Positions 1-13,516 of a stretch of 64,000 nucleotides of DNA are shown piece after piece. A program made the translations under genes and the position numbers. The stretch is from Welwitschia mirabilis. Its lineage: Eukaryota. The stretch spans positions 48,401,235 through 48,465,234 of the forward strand of contig JBOZIK010000001.1 in NCBI GenBank assembly GCA_051453625.1. Reading direction: 5' to 3'. The notes below the pieces were generated by a model. The model searched no databases and had not been told where the DNA came from. It was given only the letters and a program-made list of their open reading frames with translations. Each line of letters begins with the position of its first letter. The first letter of the stretch is position 1.

Positions 1-2100
1 AAAGGATCTTCCTAAAAGCAGTGGATAACTTCCATCATGTTCTATCTCAATTATGACAATATTAATGGGATAAAAAGCTTCCTCAATTTGGATAACTAGG
101 TCTTTAATAATTACTAATAATTTCTTGATTGAGGTATTAGCTAATTCCAAGATGATAGGTGTAGGTTCAATTCTGCTTTCTAACTCAAGTCTTTTACATA
201 TGTGAAGAGGCATTATGTTTACACTTGCTCCTATGTTAATCAAAGCTTTTCAAATTATTTTTTTTCCTTTGAAGGTAACACTTACAGTTGTAGCCCCAGG
301 GTCTTTTAATTTAGGACATTTTTACATGACTAAGTTGAAAAGAGATTGGACAAGAAAAACTTTGTTAGGAATGATACATTTTTTCTTTCTTCTTAGTAAA
401 TCTTTTCATAATTTAGAATAGTTGGGATTTGTTTACAATAGTTTTCAAATGGATAGGTTGATGTTGAATTCTTGCANNNNNNNNNNNNNNNNNNNNNNNN
501 NNNNNNNNNNNNNNNNNNNNNNNNNNNNNNNNNNNNNNNNNNNNNNNNNNNNNNNNNNNNNNNNNNNNNNNNNNNNAAAACTTTGTTAGGAATGATACAT
601 TTTTTCTTTCTTCTTAGTAAATCTTTTCATAATTTAGAATATTTGGGATTTGTTTACAATAGTTTTCAAATGGATAGGTTGATGTTGAATGCTTGCATCA
701 AAGATTTTAGGTGTTTATCAAAGGTAGGATTTGTATTTAATCTATCAAGCCAAGGGGTGGATGGTTTCTTTCCTTTGTTGTCCTTTGAATTATTTTTAGT
801 AGAGGCCTTAGTAGGTGATGTAGATGAAAGTTTGTAAGAATCTAAAATTTCCACATCATCTTCCTTATTTATTTCATTATTTCTTTAGAATTTAAAATCT
901 CATAGATAGGAGGTATTGTATCCTTTCCACTTCTTATCACTATTTTTAAATCTCTTCTAACTTCATTTGGATTGGGCATTAGTTGAGATTCAAGAGACCC
1001 TTGTGTTCTTTGATTGATAAGTATTGTTTATTGAAGGACATTTACTAGGTTCTTAATATTGATATTAGTTTTCTCAGATGCTTTTCTCATCTCTTCTATG
1101 AATTCTCTAAGGGAATCATTCAGATTTTGTTGAAAATTAGGTTAAAAGTTGGAAGTCTTAAATCTGTTTTCAAATGGTTTCCATTGAGATTGTCCACCTA
1201 ATTTTTGTTGGAATTGTGGCTAGTTTTTAAAATTAGGTGTTCTTCAGTTGAAGGCACACACTTCCTCAAATATCTTTTCCTTACAAGTTGGTAACAAAGG
1301 GCATTCTTTTATTAGATGAGAGTCATCTTCACAAATTTCATAATTTGAAGTTAAGATTTCATTTTTTACTAATTTTTCATCAACTATCATTTATGTATAC
1401 TTCTCCAAAGTAGTAGTAAAATCTTTAATGCTTTACTTCTTTTAGATCTTTTAGAATTTATCCTATTGTGTAATTTTCTTTAGTGGGTTTAGGCCAAGTT
1501 TGACTTATTTTTACCAAATTTTCTAGTACACTCCATGCATCATCTAGGCCTAAATTTAATAAGTTACCTCCACAAGAAAAATCTACAAGTTGTTTTCTTA
1601 AAGCATTCAATTCACTATAAAGATATTCTACTAGCTCTTCTTTACGAAATTCATCAATAGGGTTAGAATGGCTAGTGATTATAAAACATTCATAAGCTGT
1701 TGCATAATCCTCATAAGTTTGTTGTTGAAAGTTGGTTACTTATTTTCTTCTCTTCCCCATGAAACTCTCACTCAAAAATCTTTTAATAAATACTTCTTGC
1801 ACTTGACTCTAAGATTTAAGGCTTTATATGGAATAGTTTTGAGCCAAACTTTTGCTCTTCCTCTAAGCGTAACTAGAAAAATAATCATGTAAGTATAGTC
1901 ACTAATATATTTTTTTTCATTTTCTAAGGTAAGCACAAGTTATTCAATGTTAGCTAAATGTTGAAAAGGATCTTCCTATGATTTCCATAAAAATTTGGAT
2001 AAGCACTTAAATTTCTTAATTGTACATCATATCCAGGAGGTAAATCAAAAGGATTTTGAATTTCACATTTTTTATTAGAAATTAAATCCCTAAGAGTAAT
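1..2100 (-). pseudogene. degenerate gypsy gag and aspartic protease
   Basis: Protease and gag motifs as above, with many stops and frameshifts. ORF 666..854(-) (PSTPWLDRL...AFNINLSI) lies in the gag-PR linker. Confidence 0.8.
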
Positions 2101-2921
2101 GTTTGAATTCAAAAAAGAAGTTCCTATTATGATTGGAGTATTAGATGAAGAAACTTGCTTTTATTTTTGTGATGCTTTCAATACATTTGACATTTGAAAA
2201 ATCTGATTCTAAAATAATAAAAGTAGAAAAATCTTCTTTTTCAATTTTGAAAATTTGCGTACATGAGGTGTGTGTATCTAGATTTAGCTTGAAGTTAAAT
2301 AATCCTTCTATGATGTTTTCTTTAATAAAGTTACATTCTTTCTAATATTTTATCTTCTTACTAGAATTTATCATGTCCCTGCATGCTCAAACAACTAATA
2401 AAAAGCCAAAATCAAAAACAGTAGATCGTCATCTACTTAGTTATGGATATAATAGGAAGGACGATGATCACAGTTAAAAAAAAAAAAAAAGTCTGAAACT
2501 ACAAAAATTCTGACAGAATGAAAGTGTATTATTTTCCAAACTATCATGGGGACAATAGGAAGAATGATAGTTTACTTAATTTGCAGAAAAGAAAATATCG
2601 AAATGCGAAAAATTTTATGACTGTCGTCCTTTAGGTTATAGGGATGACAGACATAATGATAGTTTATTATGAAGAAAAATAAAGGAAAATTATGAAGAAT
2701 AAAAACTAATTTCGAAATTTTAAACTATCATGTCCTATGTCATCAGGATGATAAAGAAAACGACAAGATCCCTAAGAAAATTTGTGGAAAATAAAATCAT
2801 GCAAAAATAAATCTACTTTAAACTATACTAGAAATACAACATTAACTTAAATAAATAACTTGAATAATAGATTCAAGGTACTTATTTGGTTAATGACAAT
2901 TTTCTTAGCTTCTTACAGCCT

Positions 2922-2939
2922 TCCCCAATAATGGTGACA
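2922..2939 (-). promoter_or_regulatory. primer binding site (Athila-type), decayed
   Basis: tccccaataatggtgaca resembles tccccggcaacggcgcca (reverse complement of TGGCGCCGTTGCCGGGGA), mostly through CpG decay, and sits next to the LTR edge. Confidence 0.7.
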
Positions 2940-2945
2940 AAACAT

Positions 2946-5379
2946 TGTAGTGTGAATTTATGAAATCTTGAAGTCATTTACATAAACCTGTGAATCAAAT
3001 AACTTGCAGAAAATACACTCAAGTATAGATGGGTGTTCATCCAAATGTTGTAATCCCAATAAATCCACTATGCTTAGAGTTAAAGAATTGATTTCTAAAG
3101 GTATTTTTAATCTTTTATCTTATAAAAGCTTGAAGGAAATAAACACATAAATGCAATACAGATGAATGATATAAAATGCAATGGATGGAAATGAAAATGA
3201 ATTTTACTTAAATCTTAGTCCTTCTATCACAAAGACTACCTTCTGTATAAATTATATCAATTAAGAAGAGCTTCCAACTAGTTCTTAACCAATATAAACT
3301 ATGAGATCTATCCAAGTAAGATACAGAATGCAATTTGGAATGGAAAAGTAATGTAAATCTATTACTAATCAAGATCAACCTTAACAAAGATTACCCTTAT
3401 AATCTAGATAAATTACAAAGTTGTCACAATAAACTATGATCAATATAAACCATAAGAAACATTCACAGAATTGGAATAAAAAGAGAAATTATATTAATTC
3501 AAAGAGTATTCAAGAATATTACATCCACTTACAAACAGAATAACTGCAACTCAATGAAAGAGACTCAGCCTAACACCAAGGAGAGTTCTTTTTGTAGCTC
3601 TGGATGGACCTCTTGCCCTTTAATCCTCCATCACAAGTATCCAGTATAAAATATGGAGCTAGAAATGAAGGAGGGGAAGGGTATTTATAGTTTTACATTT
3701 AAGGTTCTATAAGCAAAACCCTAAAGATGNNNNNNNNNNNNNNNNNNNNNNNNNNNNNNNNNNNNNNNNNNNNNNNNNNNNNNNNNNNNNNNNNNNNNNN
3801 NNNNNNNNNNNNNNNNNNNNNNNNNNNNNNNNNNNNNNNNNNNNNNNNNNNNNNNNNNNNNNNNNNNNNNNNNNNNNNNNNNNNNNNNNNNNNNNNNNNN
3901 NNNNNNNNNNNNNNNNNNNNNNNNNNNNNNNNNNNNNNNNNNNNNNNNNNNNNNNNNNNNNNNNNNNNNNNNNNNNNNNNNNNNNNNNNNNNNNNNNNNN
4001 NNNNNNNNNNNNNNNNNNNNNNNNNNNNNNNNNNNNNNNNNNNNNNNNNNNNNNNNNNNNNNNNNNNNNNNNNNNNNNNNNNNNNNNNNNNNNNNNNNNN
4101 NNNNNNNNNNNNNNNNNNNNNNNNNNNNNNNNNNNNNNNNNNNNNNNNNNNNNNNNNNNNNNNNNNNNNNNNNNNNNNNNNNNNNNNNNNNNNNNNNNNN
4201 NNNNNNNNNNNNNNNNNNNNNNNNNNNNNNNNNNNNNNNNNNNNNNNNNNNNNNNNNNNNNNNNNNNNNNNNNNNNNNNNNNNNNNNNNNNNNNNNNNNN
4301 NNNNNNNNNNNNNNNNNNNNNNNNNNNNNNNNNNNNNNNNNNNNNNNNNNNNNNNNNNNNNNNNNNNNNNNNNNNNNNNNNNNNNNNNNNNNNNNNNNNN
4401 NNNNNNNNNNNNNNNNNNNNNNNNNNNNNNNNNNNNNNNNNNNNNNNNNNNNNNNNNNNNNNNNNNNNNNNNNNNNNNNNNNNNNNNNNNNNNNNNNNNN
4501 NNNNNNNNNNNNNNNNNNNNNNNNNNNNNNNNNNNNNNNNNNNNNNNNNNNNNNNNNNNNNNNNNNNNNNNNNNNNNNNNNNNNNNNNNNNNNNNNNNNN
4601 NNNNNNNNNNNNNGTATCTAAGAACATTATATCCACTTACAAATAGAATAACAACACCTTAATGGAAGAGACTCAGCCTAACACCAAGGAAACTCTTTTC
4701 TATAGCTTTGGATGGACTTCTTATCCTTTAGTTTTCAATCATAAGCATACTAAGTATAAAAGATGGAGCTAGAAATGAAGGAGGGAAAGGGTATTTATAG
4801 TTTTACATTTAAGGTTCTAGAAGCAAAACCCTAAAGATGGAAAACAAAACCGTAATAACTCACATGGGTTACTTGACCCCATTTACAAACATATTTCTGA
4901 TGAACATGTAAAAATAGCTATTGTCTCACCTATTGTTGGGATGATATATGGGACATCACCATGTGTTACATGTCTCCATGCCTCACTGTTAGCCCCATAG
5001 CTTTTATTCATGTTAGTATTATCATCATCCTGCCTATTATGGGGATAACATAGGGGATGAAGCCATGTGCCACATGTCTCTATGTGCTCCATGTGCTGCT
5101 TTCAGCCTTGTAGCCTCTGTTCATGTTAGCAGTGTTGTTGTTCTGACTATCATGGGGACGACACAGGGGATGATGGTTTTTCTTTTATCTAATCTCAAAG
5201 GTAAGTCAGTCTTTTACATCATAAAGTCCTTCTTTCAAATATGCAGTATTAAAATAGGCTTGAGAAACCGCAAAAAATGCTAAGGATTACATGTTTTACT
5301 AATCATCATGTCAGATCTTTATAGTCATTAGTATTGCATTAAAACCTACTTGAATGTCATACAAATTAGCATCACGACA
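2946..5379 (-). repeat. 5' LTR of the Athila-like element (contains an N gap)
   Basis: Imperfect terminal inverted repeat tgtagtg/cacgaca. Minus-strand TATA-like ctataaata at about 3682-3690 and 4792-4800. Confidence 0.7.
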
Positions 5380-6398
5380 TTTGGCAATGTGCCTACTCCG
5401 CTTTTCAAGGAGAGATAAGATGTTATCTTTTTTGGATACCTTATCACTCTTGAACGGATGATTTCCTAGCTAATCATCAACCCCTTATACAAGAGTAATG
5501 ATTTTCTAGGCTAATCATCAATCTCTCATACTTGGAGTCTTTCAAAGGCTCAGACTCAACCATAAGAAGAAGAGAAGAAATTGAGTTATGCCTCAAGAAT
5601 GGATGCAATAAAGTAGTATCTAATTAAAATGATTACATAAGATATAATTACCAATTACAAATAGATCACCAAAGATCGGTTTGAGTTCACTTCAGAGAAC
5701 CATATATGCATGTGTATTCCAGTAACCCTAATAAAGCAAGTTTTACCCCTTTTAAAGAGAAGGGAAAAATAACTATCGAAGGGAAGCCCTAAATGATTAT
5801 TCTAAGACATGATAATCTAATATTCCAATTAAATTCATTTTTTCAATGTAATTCAATGGCACGCTAGAAGAGAATGGTTGTTCAAAACCAATGCACATTC
5901 ATCTGAAGAAGATTATTTTTCCAACGGTTTGAAGGAAGGATGTCCACCTTTAAAACTTAGGATGTCCTCACTTCTAAGGAGGAGAACGTTTGCCCTCTAA
6001 GTAGTATGAACATTCACACTACTGGAAGAAAGCTACCCTAGAATAGAGCAGACTTCTGCACCTACCATAAGTGCAAATTTAGAAAAAGCTAAATTGGGGG
6101 GGAAGGGGGAGGGGGGCGGGGGCGATTTGGGCTATTTGGAGTGGGCATGTACAGACCTGAGAACTATTAGTTATGTTTCCTATAAGAAGGAGGAACATTT
6201 TTCCTATTTTAAGTGGGGATGTCTAGGCTAAGATCTATCATAGATATATTTTATTCACAAGTAAAGGAAACATCTGCCTTGTTTTGAGTGGGCACATCCA
6301 CATGTAAAGGTTAGCTTCTTAACATGATTATGACAAATGATGACCATTTTGTCACTTGATTCTTACACCTTTTGGCATCAAGAAAACTTATAATTATA
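5380..6398 (-). repeat. 3' LTR of element A, interrupted by the gypsy insertion
   Basis: Aligns with 12513-13516 (gcaatgtgcctactcc...aagaagaagagaagaaat...atgatgaccat). The first 150 bp or so of the LTR are missing. Confidence 0.9.
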
Positions 6399-6570
6399 AT
6401 CTCCTCCTTTTCAATGATGACAAATCCATTAATCTAAAGAACTTATTCAAAATATCCTCCCCATGAGATGTAGACTAGCTCCCCCTAAGTTTACTATTCC
6501 TATTAAAATGATATAACAATAAAACTATCGTATCTCATATAGGCTTAGAATTACTCCCCCTTTTGACATC
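6399..6570 (-). promoter_or_regulatory. multiple polypurine tracts (Sirevirus signature)
   Basis: atctcctccttt, tcctcccc, ctcccccta and ctcccccttttgacatca (plus-strand view) directly adjoin the LTR. Confidence 0.75.
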
Positions 6571-6739
6571 ATTGATTCTGAAAGAAAATATATACATAAA
6601 AATACCTGTGAAAAGAATGTGAATAGGATAATAATAATAAACATACATAATGGAAAGGACATATATTATATTAACTATTAAACAAAAATGATGAATATGT
6701 ATAAATTTCGGTATTGATGTTAAATAAAAATCATACCTT

Positions 6740-9700
6740 AGTTGGTCATGTTCCTATTCCTAACTCAATCCTTAAAAGCTCAAATATTGCTTCTAAAATA
6801 GGCTTAATAAACAAGTCAATAAGTTATTTACTTGTCCATACATGATCAAGTAGAATTGAGCCTCTTTAAACATGTTCTCTAATAAAGTGATGACTGATGT
6901 GAATATGCTTAGTTTTTGAGTATTTCATAGGATTCCTAGCCATGTTAATGGCACTATTATTATTACATAGGATTGAACTACTTGATATCTCAACTCCGTA
7001 ATCATGTAAGGTATGCATCATCCATAACAATTGAGTGTAGCAAACTCCAGTAGATATGTACTCAGCCTCAGCCATGAAGAGTGATATCAAGCTTTGTTTC
7101 TTGGAACTCCAAGTAAAAAACAATTTCCAAGAAAGTAACATGTTACAATTGTACATTTCCTATCATTTATACATTCGTCCTAATCTGCATCACTATACCC
7201 AACTAGGTTGAGTGAAATATCCTTAGAAAATCAAATACCAAAATTACTTGTATGTTTAAGATAATGAAAAATTCTTTTAATTAAAGAGAGATGAGATTCC
7301 TTAGGATTGGATTGATATCAAGTACATATACCAGCACTTAGTGCAATATCAAATTTAGCAAATGATAAATATAATAAACTACCAATTATACCTCGATACA
7401 TGGTTTGATTTATAGTTTTACTTGATTCATCCTTACTTATTTTTGTAGATATGAACATGGGAGTGCAAACCTCTTTTGCTTGATCAAGTTTGTACTCTTT
7501 TAGAATCTCTTTAACATACTTTGATTGACTAAGAAAAATACCATTCTTGAGCTATTTAATCTAGTAGTCTTGGCACTAAGTCCCATACTCCATTTCTTTT
7601 AAATTGAAGGAGTTCCTTTTGCATGGCTTCTAACCATTTCTTATGTAGTTCTAATTTAGCTATATTTCTAGGTTCAATATGAGACACAAAATAAAAATGA
7701 GCATAAATATTGTTTATATCTCATCTAATGCTTACTTTTGAATCTATATTCCCAATGATTAATCAGTTAGATGATCTATTTTCATTCTAAGGATAAAAAA
7801 GATCATTTTTGTGAATAAATAGGCTCAGAGGTATCATCAATTTCTTCCTCATCGGCTTTGTTAGTAATATTTTTCTAATTACCTTAAGTTCCTTTGTTAA
7901 GAGAGGGAATTAACTCATCCTCATCATCTTTAATCATCTTGCTGTTATTATTAGTCTTTAAAATTTTGACATGAATAGATTCTTCAACTTTATTTGTGTC
8001 ATAATTAAAAACTCTATAGGCTCTACTTTTTGAACAGTATCTAATAAAACTATCATGCATACCTTTAAGCTAGAATTTACCCAGATTTTTATCATTTAAA
8101 AATAATACATTTACTATCAAAGACTATAAATACTTTACCATTAGCTTCTTATCATTCCATAGTTTGTCAGTAGTGCTTTCAGTACGAGCCCTTAGAAAAC
8201 TCTTGTTAAAAATATAGCAAGCAGTATTTATAGCCTCAGGCCAAAACCATCTTGGAATATTATGTCCTCCTAGCATTTTCCTTACCATTTCTATTAAGAT
8301 CTTGTTCTTCCTTTCTATCATCCCATTTTGCTATGGTATTCTAGGAGCTGAAAACTAATGAAATATTTCATAATTATTATAAAATAAAATAAAATTCTCA
8401 TTTTCAAACTAACCTCCATGATGAAACTTGATTTTCTTAATGGTAAGGCCCTTTTCATTTTGAATTTTTCTGCAAATACAATAAAACTTATCAAAGGCAT
8501 TAGATTTAGAATGTTAAAAGTCAACCCATGTATAATGAGTAAAATCATCAATCACCACCATAAAATATTCTTACCACTTAAACTTTGAACTTTTGTAGGC
8601 TCTACTAAATGTAGATGCAACATATCTAGATGCCTTTTTAAGGATATTCAAGCTTAGATTTAAAAGAAAATTTGATGATTTTTCTTGCTTGATAATGTTC
8701 ACATAAGATATAATTTGAAAAGCCAAGTTTGGGTATGCCTCTAACTAACTCTTGTTGAGAGATGGTCTTTAAGTTAGAAACATTGGAATGACCCATTATT
8801 CTATGCCAGAGATGTTTTTGACTCTCTTGAGTAAAACCACATAGCTCTTTATCATTAGATTTTCCTTCTATAGAATATAAGTTTCTATATGGTGGGTAAT
8901 TAAAAGTTTTTATTTATTGGAAGCACTCTTTACTACACACTTATTTTTATCAAAAATAACTATATTCCCTTTATCATACATTTGGGAAATACTTAATATA
9001 TTATTCTTAACATCCTCTACATACAACACATCATTAATTTTTGGAAGATCATATTTACAAACCATACCTTTTCTATTTATTACTACTTTTTAATTGTCAT
9101 AAAAGGAAACCTCTTCTCCATCATAGTTGATAACTGTGTGAAACCTTCTTCTATTACCTATCATATGTCTTAAACATCCACTATCCAAGTACCATCTAGG
9201 ATACTCCTTCACTTTAAGAGTGGTCTAAACAAGCAATCCTTTAACAGATTTCTTTGTAACCCAACTTTGCTTAATGAGAGGCTAATTGTTTATTGTTTTT
9301 GGTTTTTAGAAAAACTTGTCACTTGTATAATAGAAAAAAATTTATCTTTCTGATGGGATAAGAAAATCTAACATGTCCTAGGCCTCCATAATAGAAACAT
9401 CAAATATGGAAAGACTTTAAATTATTAGACTTCAAAGCATAGCTCTTATGATCAAATCTTACCTTGTTGAAGTAATATGAGGTAGCAGCATTAAGTTTCC
9501 TTGCATCATCTAACTCCCTTAATAAAAGAGAAATAGTTTTATTTGCACCTACAAGACTTTTAATAGGCTTATCCAACTCTTTGTTAGCTAAGTCAAGTTT
9601 AGTTTGTAGAGATAATAATTTAGATTTTAAATCCCTATTTTTACAAGCTAAAATTTCATAATGAAGAATAATTATTTATAAGCTTCTTTAGTATTTTTAG

Positions 9701-12305
9701 AGTTTTTAGATACTACCTCATTCTCATTAGAGATTGCATTCTCATTCTTGGTAGTTGATATGAAGGCATACTCAGCAGTGATAACTAGCAATCCACAATT
9801 CTCTTCTTCATTTTTAGATTTTTTTGAGTGAGATCCTTCCTCACCATTCCAAGTAACTTAGAGGGCTTTCTTTCCTTTGATTTTGACTTTTCATGTATTA
9901 GCACATTCTGATGTTATGTATCAGAAGCTCTTGTACTCAAAGCACTGCAAATGTTTAATTTCTTATTTCTCCCAAAGTATTTGAAAGAATCTTTCTTTTT
10001 AATGTAATCCTCATTGGCATTAAATCTTGTTCTATCAAAGTCTTTTTATTTTCTTAGAAATATTCTAAAATTTTTGGCCAAAAGAACTAACTCATCATCA
10101 TCTTCTTCATTTCGGGAACCTTCTTTGCATTGACTTGAACATTTCAAAGCAATATTCTTTATCTTAGATTTCTCATCATCCATAATGGTAGCTTCATACA
10201 TAATTAATGATCCCTTGAGATTCTTTATACTCATGATATCTAGATTTTTTATCTCTTTAATCATANNNNNNNNNNNNNNNNNNNNNNNNNNNNNNNNNNN
10301 NNNNNNNNNNNNNNNNNNNNNNNNNNNNNNNNNNNNNNNNNNNNNNNNNNNNNNNNNNNNNNNNNGAGTAAAAAAACATAACTTTTTATCATTAGATTTT
10401 CCTCCTATAGAATGGGCAATTAAAAGTTTCTTATTGCTAGATATACTCTTTACCACACACTTATTTTTATCAAAAATAACTATATTCCCTTTGTCACACA
10501 TTTGAGTAATACTTAATAGATTATTCTTAAGGCTCTTACATACAAAACATTAACAATTTTTGGAAGATCATATTTACAAGCCATATCTTTTCCCTTGATG
10601 GATGCTTTTTGATTATCACTAAAGGAAACCTTTCCTTCATCATAGTTGACAGGTGTGTGAAACCTAATTCTGTCTCCTATCATATGTCTTAAACAATCAC
10701 TATTTAAGTATCATCTAGGATGCTCCTTTACTTTAAGAATAATCTAAACAAGTAACCCTTTAATATATTTCTTTTTAATCCATCTTTACTTGATGAGGCT
10801 TATTATTTGTTGCTTTTAATTTTTATAAAAACTTATCACTTGTATAATGGAAAAAAAAATTTCTTTCTGATGGGACAAGAAAATCTAACATGCCCTAGGC
10901 CTCCATAATATTAACATCAAATATGAAAATAATTTAAGCTATTAGACTTTAAAGCATACCTCTTATGATTATATTTAACTTATTGGAATGATATGAGGTA
11001 GTAGCATTGAGTTTCCTTGCATCCTCTAACTCCCTTGATAATAGAGAAATAGTTGTATTTGCATCTGCAAAACTTTCAGTAGTCTTATCCAACTCTTTAT
11101 TAGATAAGTTAAGGTTAGTTTGTAATGACAATAATTTAGATCTTAAATTCCTATTTTTACAAGCTAAAACTTAATAGTAAAAATATTATTATTCATAAGC
11201 TTCTTTAATATTTTTATAATTTTTAGATATTATCTTATTCTCATTCGAGATTGCATTCTCATACTTGATAGTTAATATGAAGAAATACTCATCATTGATA
11301 TCTAGTAATTTGCACTTCTCGTCTTTATTTTGAGATGTCTCTAAATTAGATTATTCGCTATCATTTCAAGTGACTTTGAGGGCTTTCTTCCCTTTAATTT
11401 TGGCCTTTCTATGTTAGCACATTTTATTATTATGTGTTTAAAGCCCTTGTACTTAAAGCATTGCAGAGGTTTCTTGTTTCTACTAATATTCTTGAAAGAT
11501 TCTTTCTTCTCAACCTAATTTCATTAACATCAAATCTTGATCTATTAAAGTATTTTTTTTTTTTTAGAAATCTTCTGAATTTTCTAGCCAAAAGGACTAA
11601 ATCCTCATCATATTCTTCATTGCTAAAATCATATTTGCATTAACTCGAACATTTCAAGGTAATATTTTTTATCTTAGATTCCTCATCATCCATAATGGTA
11701 TCTTTATATGTAATCAATGATCCCTTAAGCTCCTCTAGACTCATGGTATCTAGATTTTTACTCTTTTTAATCACAATAATTTTAGGTCTGAAACACTTAG
11801 GTAAGCTTTTTGAGATTTTTCTCATAACTCTTTATTCTAGAGTATTTTCTCTAAGACCCCACATTATACTCACAATGTCTATGATCTTGGTTGTGTATTC
11901 AATGACATATTTTTGTTCTTTTATTTTAATATTTTTAAATTAAGTTGTTACAAATTGTAGCTTAGAATTTTTCATAATATTCATACCTTCATGAGCAATC
12001 CTGAGGATATCCTAGATTTCCTTTACAGATGAATACTAAACTACTCAGCTATAATCCTTTGAATTAAGGGCATAAATAAGTGCATTCATTGCTTTTTCAT
12101 TAAGCTTTGCTTCCTCCTTTTATTCATTAAAACAACCTACCACTGGAATAGTAAGTTTAAAATAACCATATACAATACTATCCCAGATATTTAAATCAAG
12201 AGATTTTAGAAAAATTATCATTTTAGTTTTCCAAAAAGAATAGTTTGAGCTATTGAAATAATGTGGCCTCAAGATCAAATGGCCATCATTAGTGGTAGAT
12301 CCCAT
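6740..12305 (-). pseudogene. copia gag-pol of element A (internal duplication; RT core deleted)
   Basis: ORF 12120..12305 (RPHYFNSSNYSFWKTKMIIFL) is the gag N-terminus. Further gag ORFs at 11640..11825 and 10046..10501, plus integrase and RNase H ORFs. Confidence 0.9.
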
Positions 12306-12346
12306 TTAATCACTCAAAGTGGTGAAGCTATATCAAGAGTAACCTT

Positions 12347-12358
12347 GCTCTGATACCA
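12347..12358 (-). promoter_or_regulatory. PBS (tRNA-iMet)
   Basis: gctctgatacca is the reverse complement of TGGTATCAGAGC, 2 nt from the LTR edge. Confidence 0.92.
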
Positions 12359-12360
12359 AT

Positions 12361-13516
12361 TGAAATTCCTAGAGGGAGGGGTAAATATGATAATGATAAA
12401 TATAAATTTAAAAACCTCTTCTTAAATGAAATTAATTAGCTTAACAAATAAAAACTAAATCTAAGAAAAATATCAAAATAGAAAAATAATCAGCCCATAA
12501 GATTTATAGTGGTTCAGCAATGTGCCTACTCCACTCTTCAAGGAGAGACAAGATATCATCTTCCTTGGTTTTCTTATCACTTTTAAACTAATGATTTTTA
12601 GGCTGATCATTAACCCCTTGTACAACAGTGGTGATTTTCTAGGCTAATCATCAACCTCTCATACTTGAAGTCTCTCAAAGGCTCAAACTTAACTATAAGA
12701 AGAAGAGAAGAAATCAATTTTTGCATTAAGCATAGATGCAATAAAGTAGGATCTAATTTAAATGATTACATAAGATAGAATTACCAATTACAAACAAATC
12801 ACCAAATATTAGTTTGAGTTCACTTCACAGAACCATATATGTGTGTATTCCAGTAATCCTAATAAAGCAGGTTTTACGCCTTTTAAAGATAAGGGAAAAA
12901 TAGGTGTTGAAGGAAAACCCTAAATGATGATTTAAGACATGATAATCTGATATTCTAATAAATTTCATGTTTTTAATGCGATTGAATGATATGACAGAAG
13001 AGAATAGCCATTGAAAATTGTTGCGCATTCACCTAAAGAAGATCATTTTTCCAATGGTTCAAAGGGAGAACGTTTGCCTTTAAAACTATGGATGTCCTCA
13101 CTCCTAAGAGAATGGACTTCCACCCTCAAACATGGTACAAACATCCACACTACTAGAAGTGAGGGGACATCCACCCTGGAAGAGAGTAGATGTCCATCCC
13201 TACCATAGGTACAGACTGAGAAAAAGCTAAATGGAGGAGGAACATCTAGGCTGTTTGGAGTGGGGATGTCTGCATCTGATAACTATTAGTTATGTTTTCT
13301 ACAAGGAGAGGGGACATCCACCCTATTTGAGTGGGACGTCTGGGCCTAATAGCTATCACAGATACATTTTACCTACAATAAAGGGGATGTACATCCTATT
13401 CTAAATGGGGACATCTTCATGCATAGGTTAGATTCTTAATGTGACTATGACAAATGATGACCATCTTATCACTTGATTATTATGCCTGTTGGAATCACTA
13501 AAACCTTATACTTACA
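12361..13516 (-). repeat. 5' LTR of element A
   Basis: Runs tgaaattcctagagggagggg...cttaca. Homologous to 5380-6398, with a gggacatcc/ggatgtcc repeat cluster at 13060-13420. Confidence 0.9.

Larger units (their letters stand above)
1..5379 (-). mobile_element. Athila-like Ty3/gypsy LTR retrotransposon, 5' part (LTR, PBS, gag, protease); continues off the left edge
   Basis: Minus-strand translation near 60-310 gives KDPG...KALINIGASVNIMPLHICKRL...PTPIILELAN, matching the Athila-type protease motif ALxDLGASVNLMP. Gag remnant EDPFQHLANIE lies near 1945-1980. Decayed PBS at 2922-2939. LTR bounded by tgtagtg (2946) and cacgaca (5379). Confidence 0.85.
5380..13516 (-). mobile_element. Sirevirus (SIRE/Maximus)-like Ty1/copia element A, degenerate, no env-like ORF
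   Basis: Paired LTRs (5380-6398 truncated; 12361-13516), Met PBS, several PPT copies at 6399-6570, and gag, PR (WYLDSGCLRHM near 9160-9195), GAG-pre, integrase (ORF 8124..8321) and RNase H (ORF 6866..7156, AEAEYI...KTKHIHISHHFIREHV). Confidence 0.92.

Noticed and set aside
357-690. Near-identical repeat of about 115 bp on both sides of a 100-N gap
   Set aside because: Unmerged contig overlap, an assembly artefact.
3707-4662. 300-aa ORFs
   Set aside because: They consist of N-gap translation.
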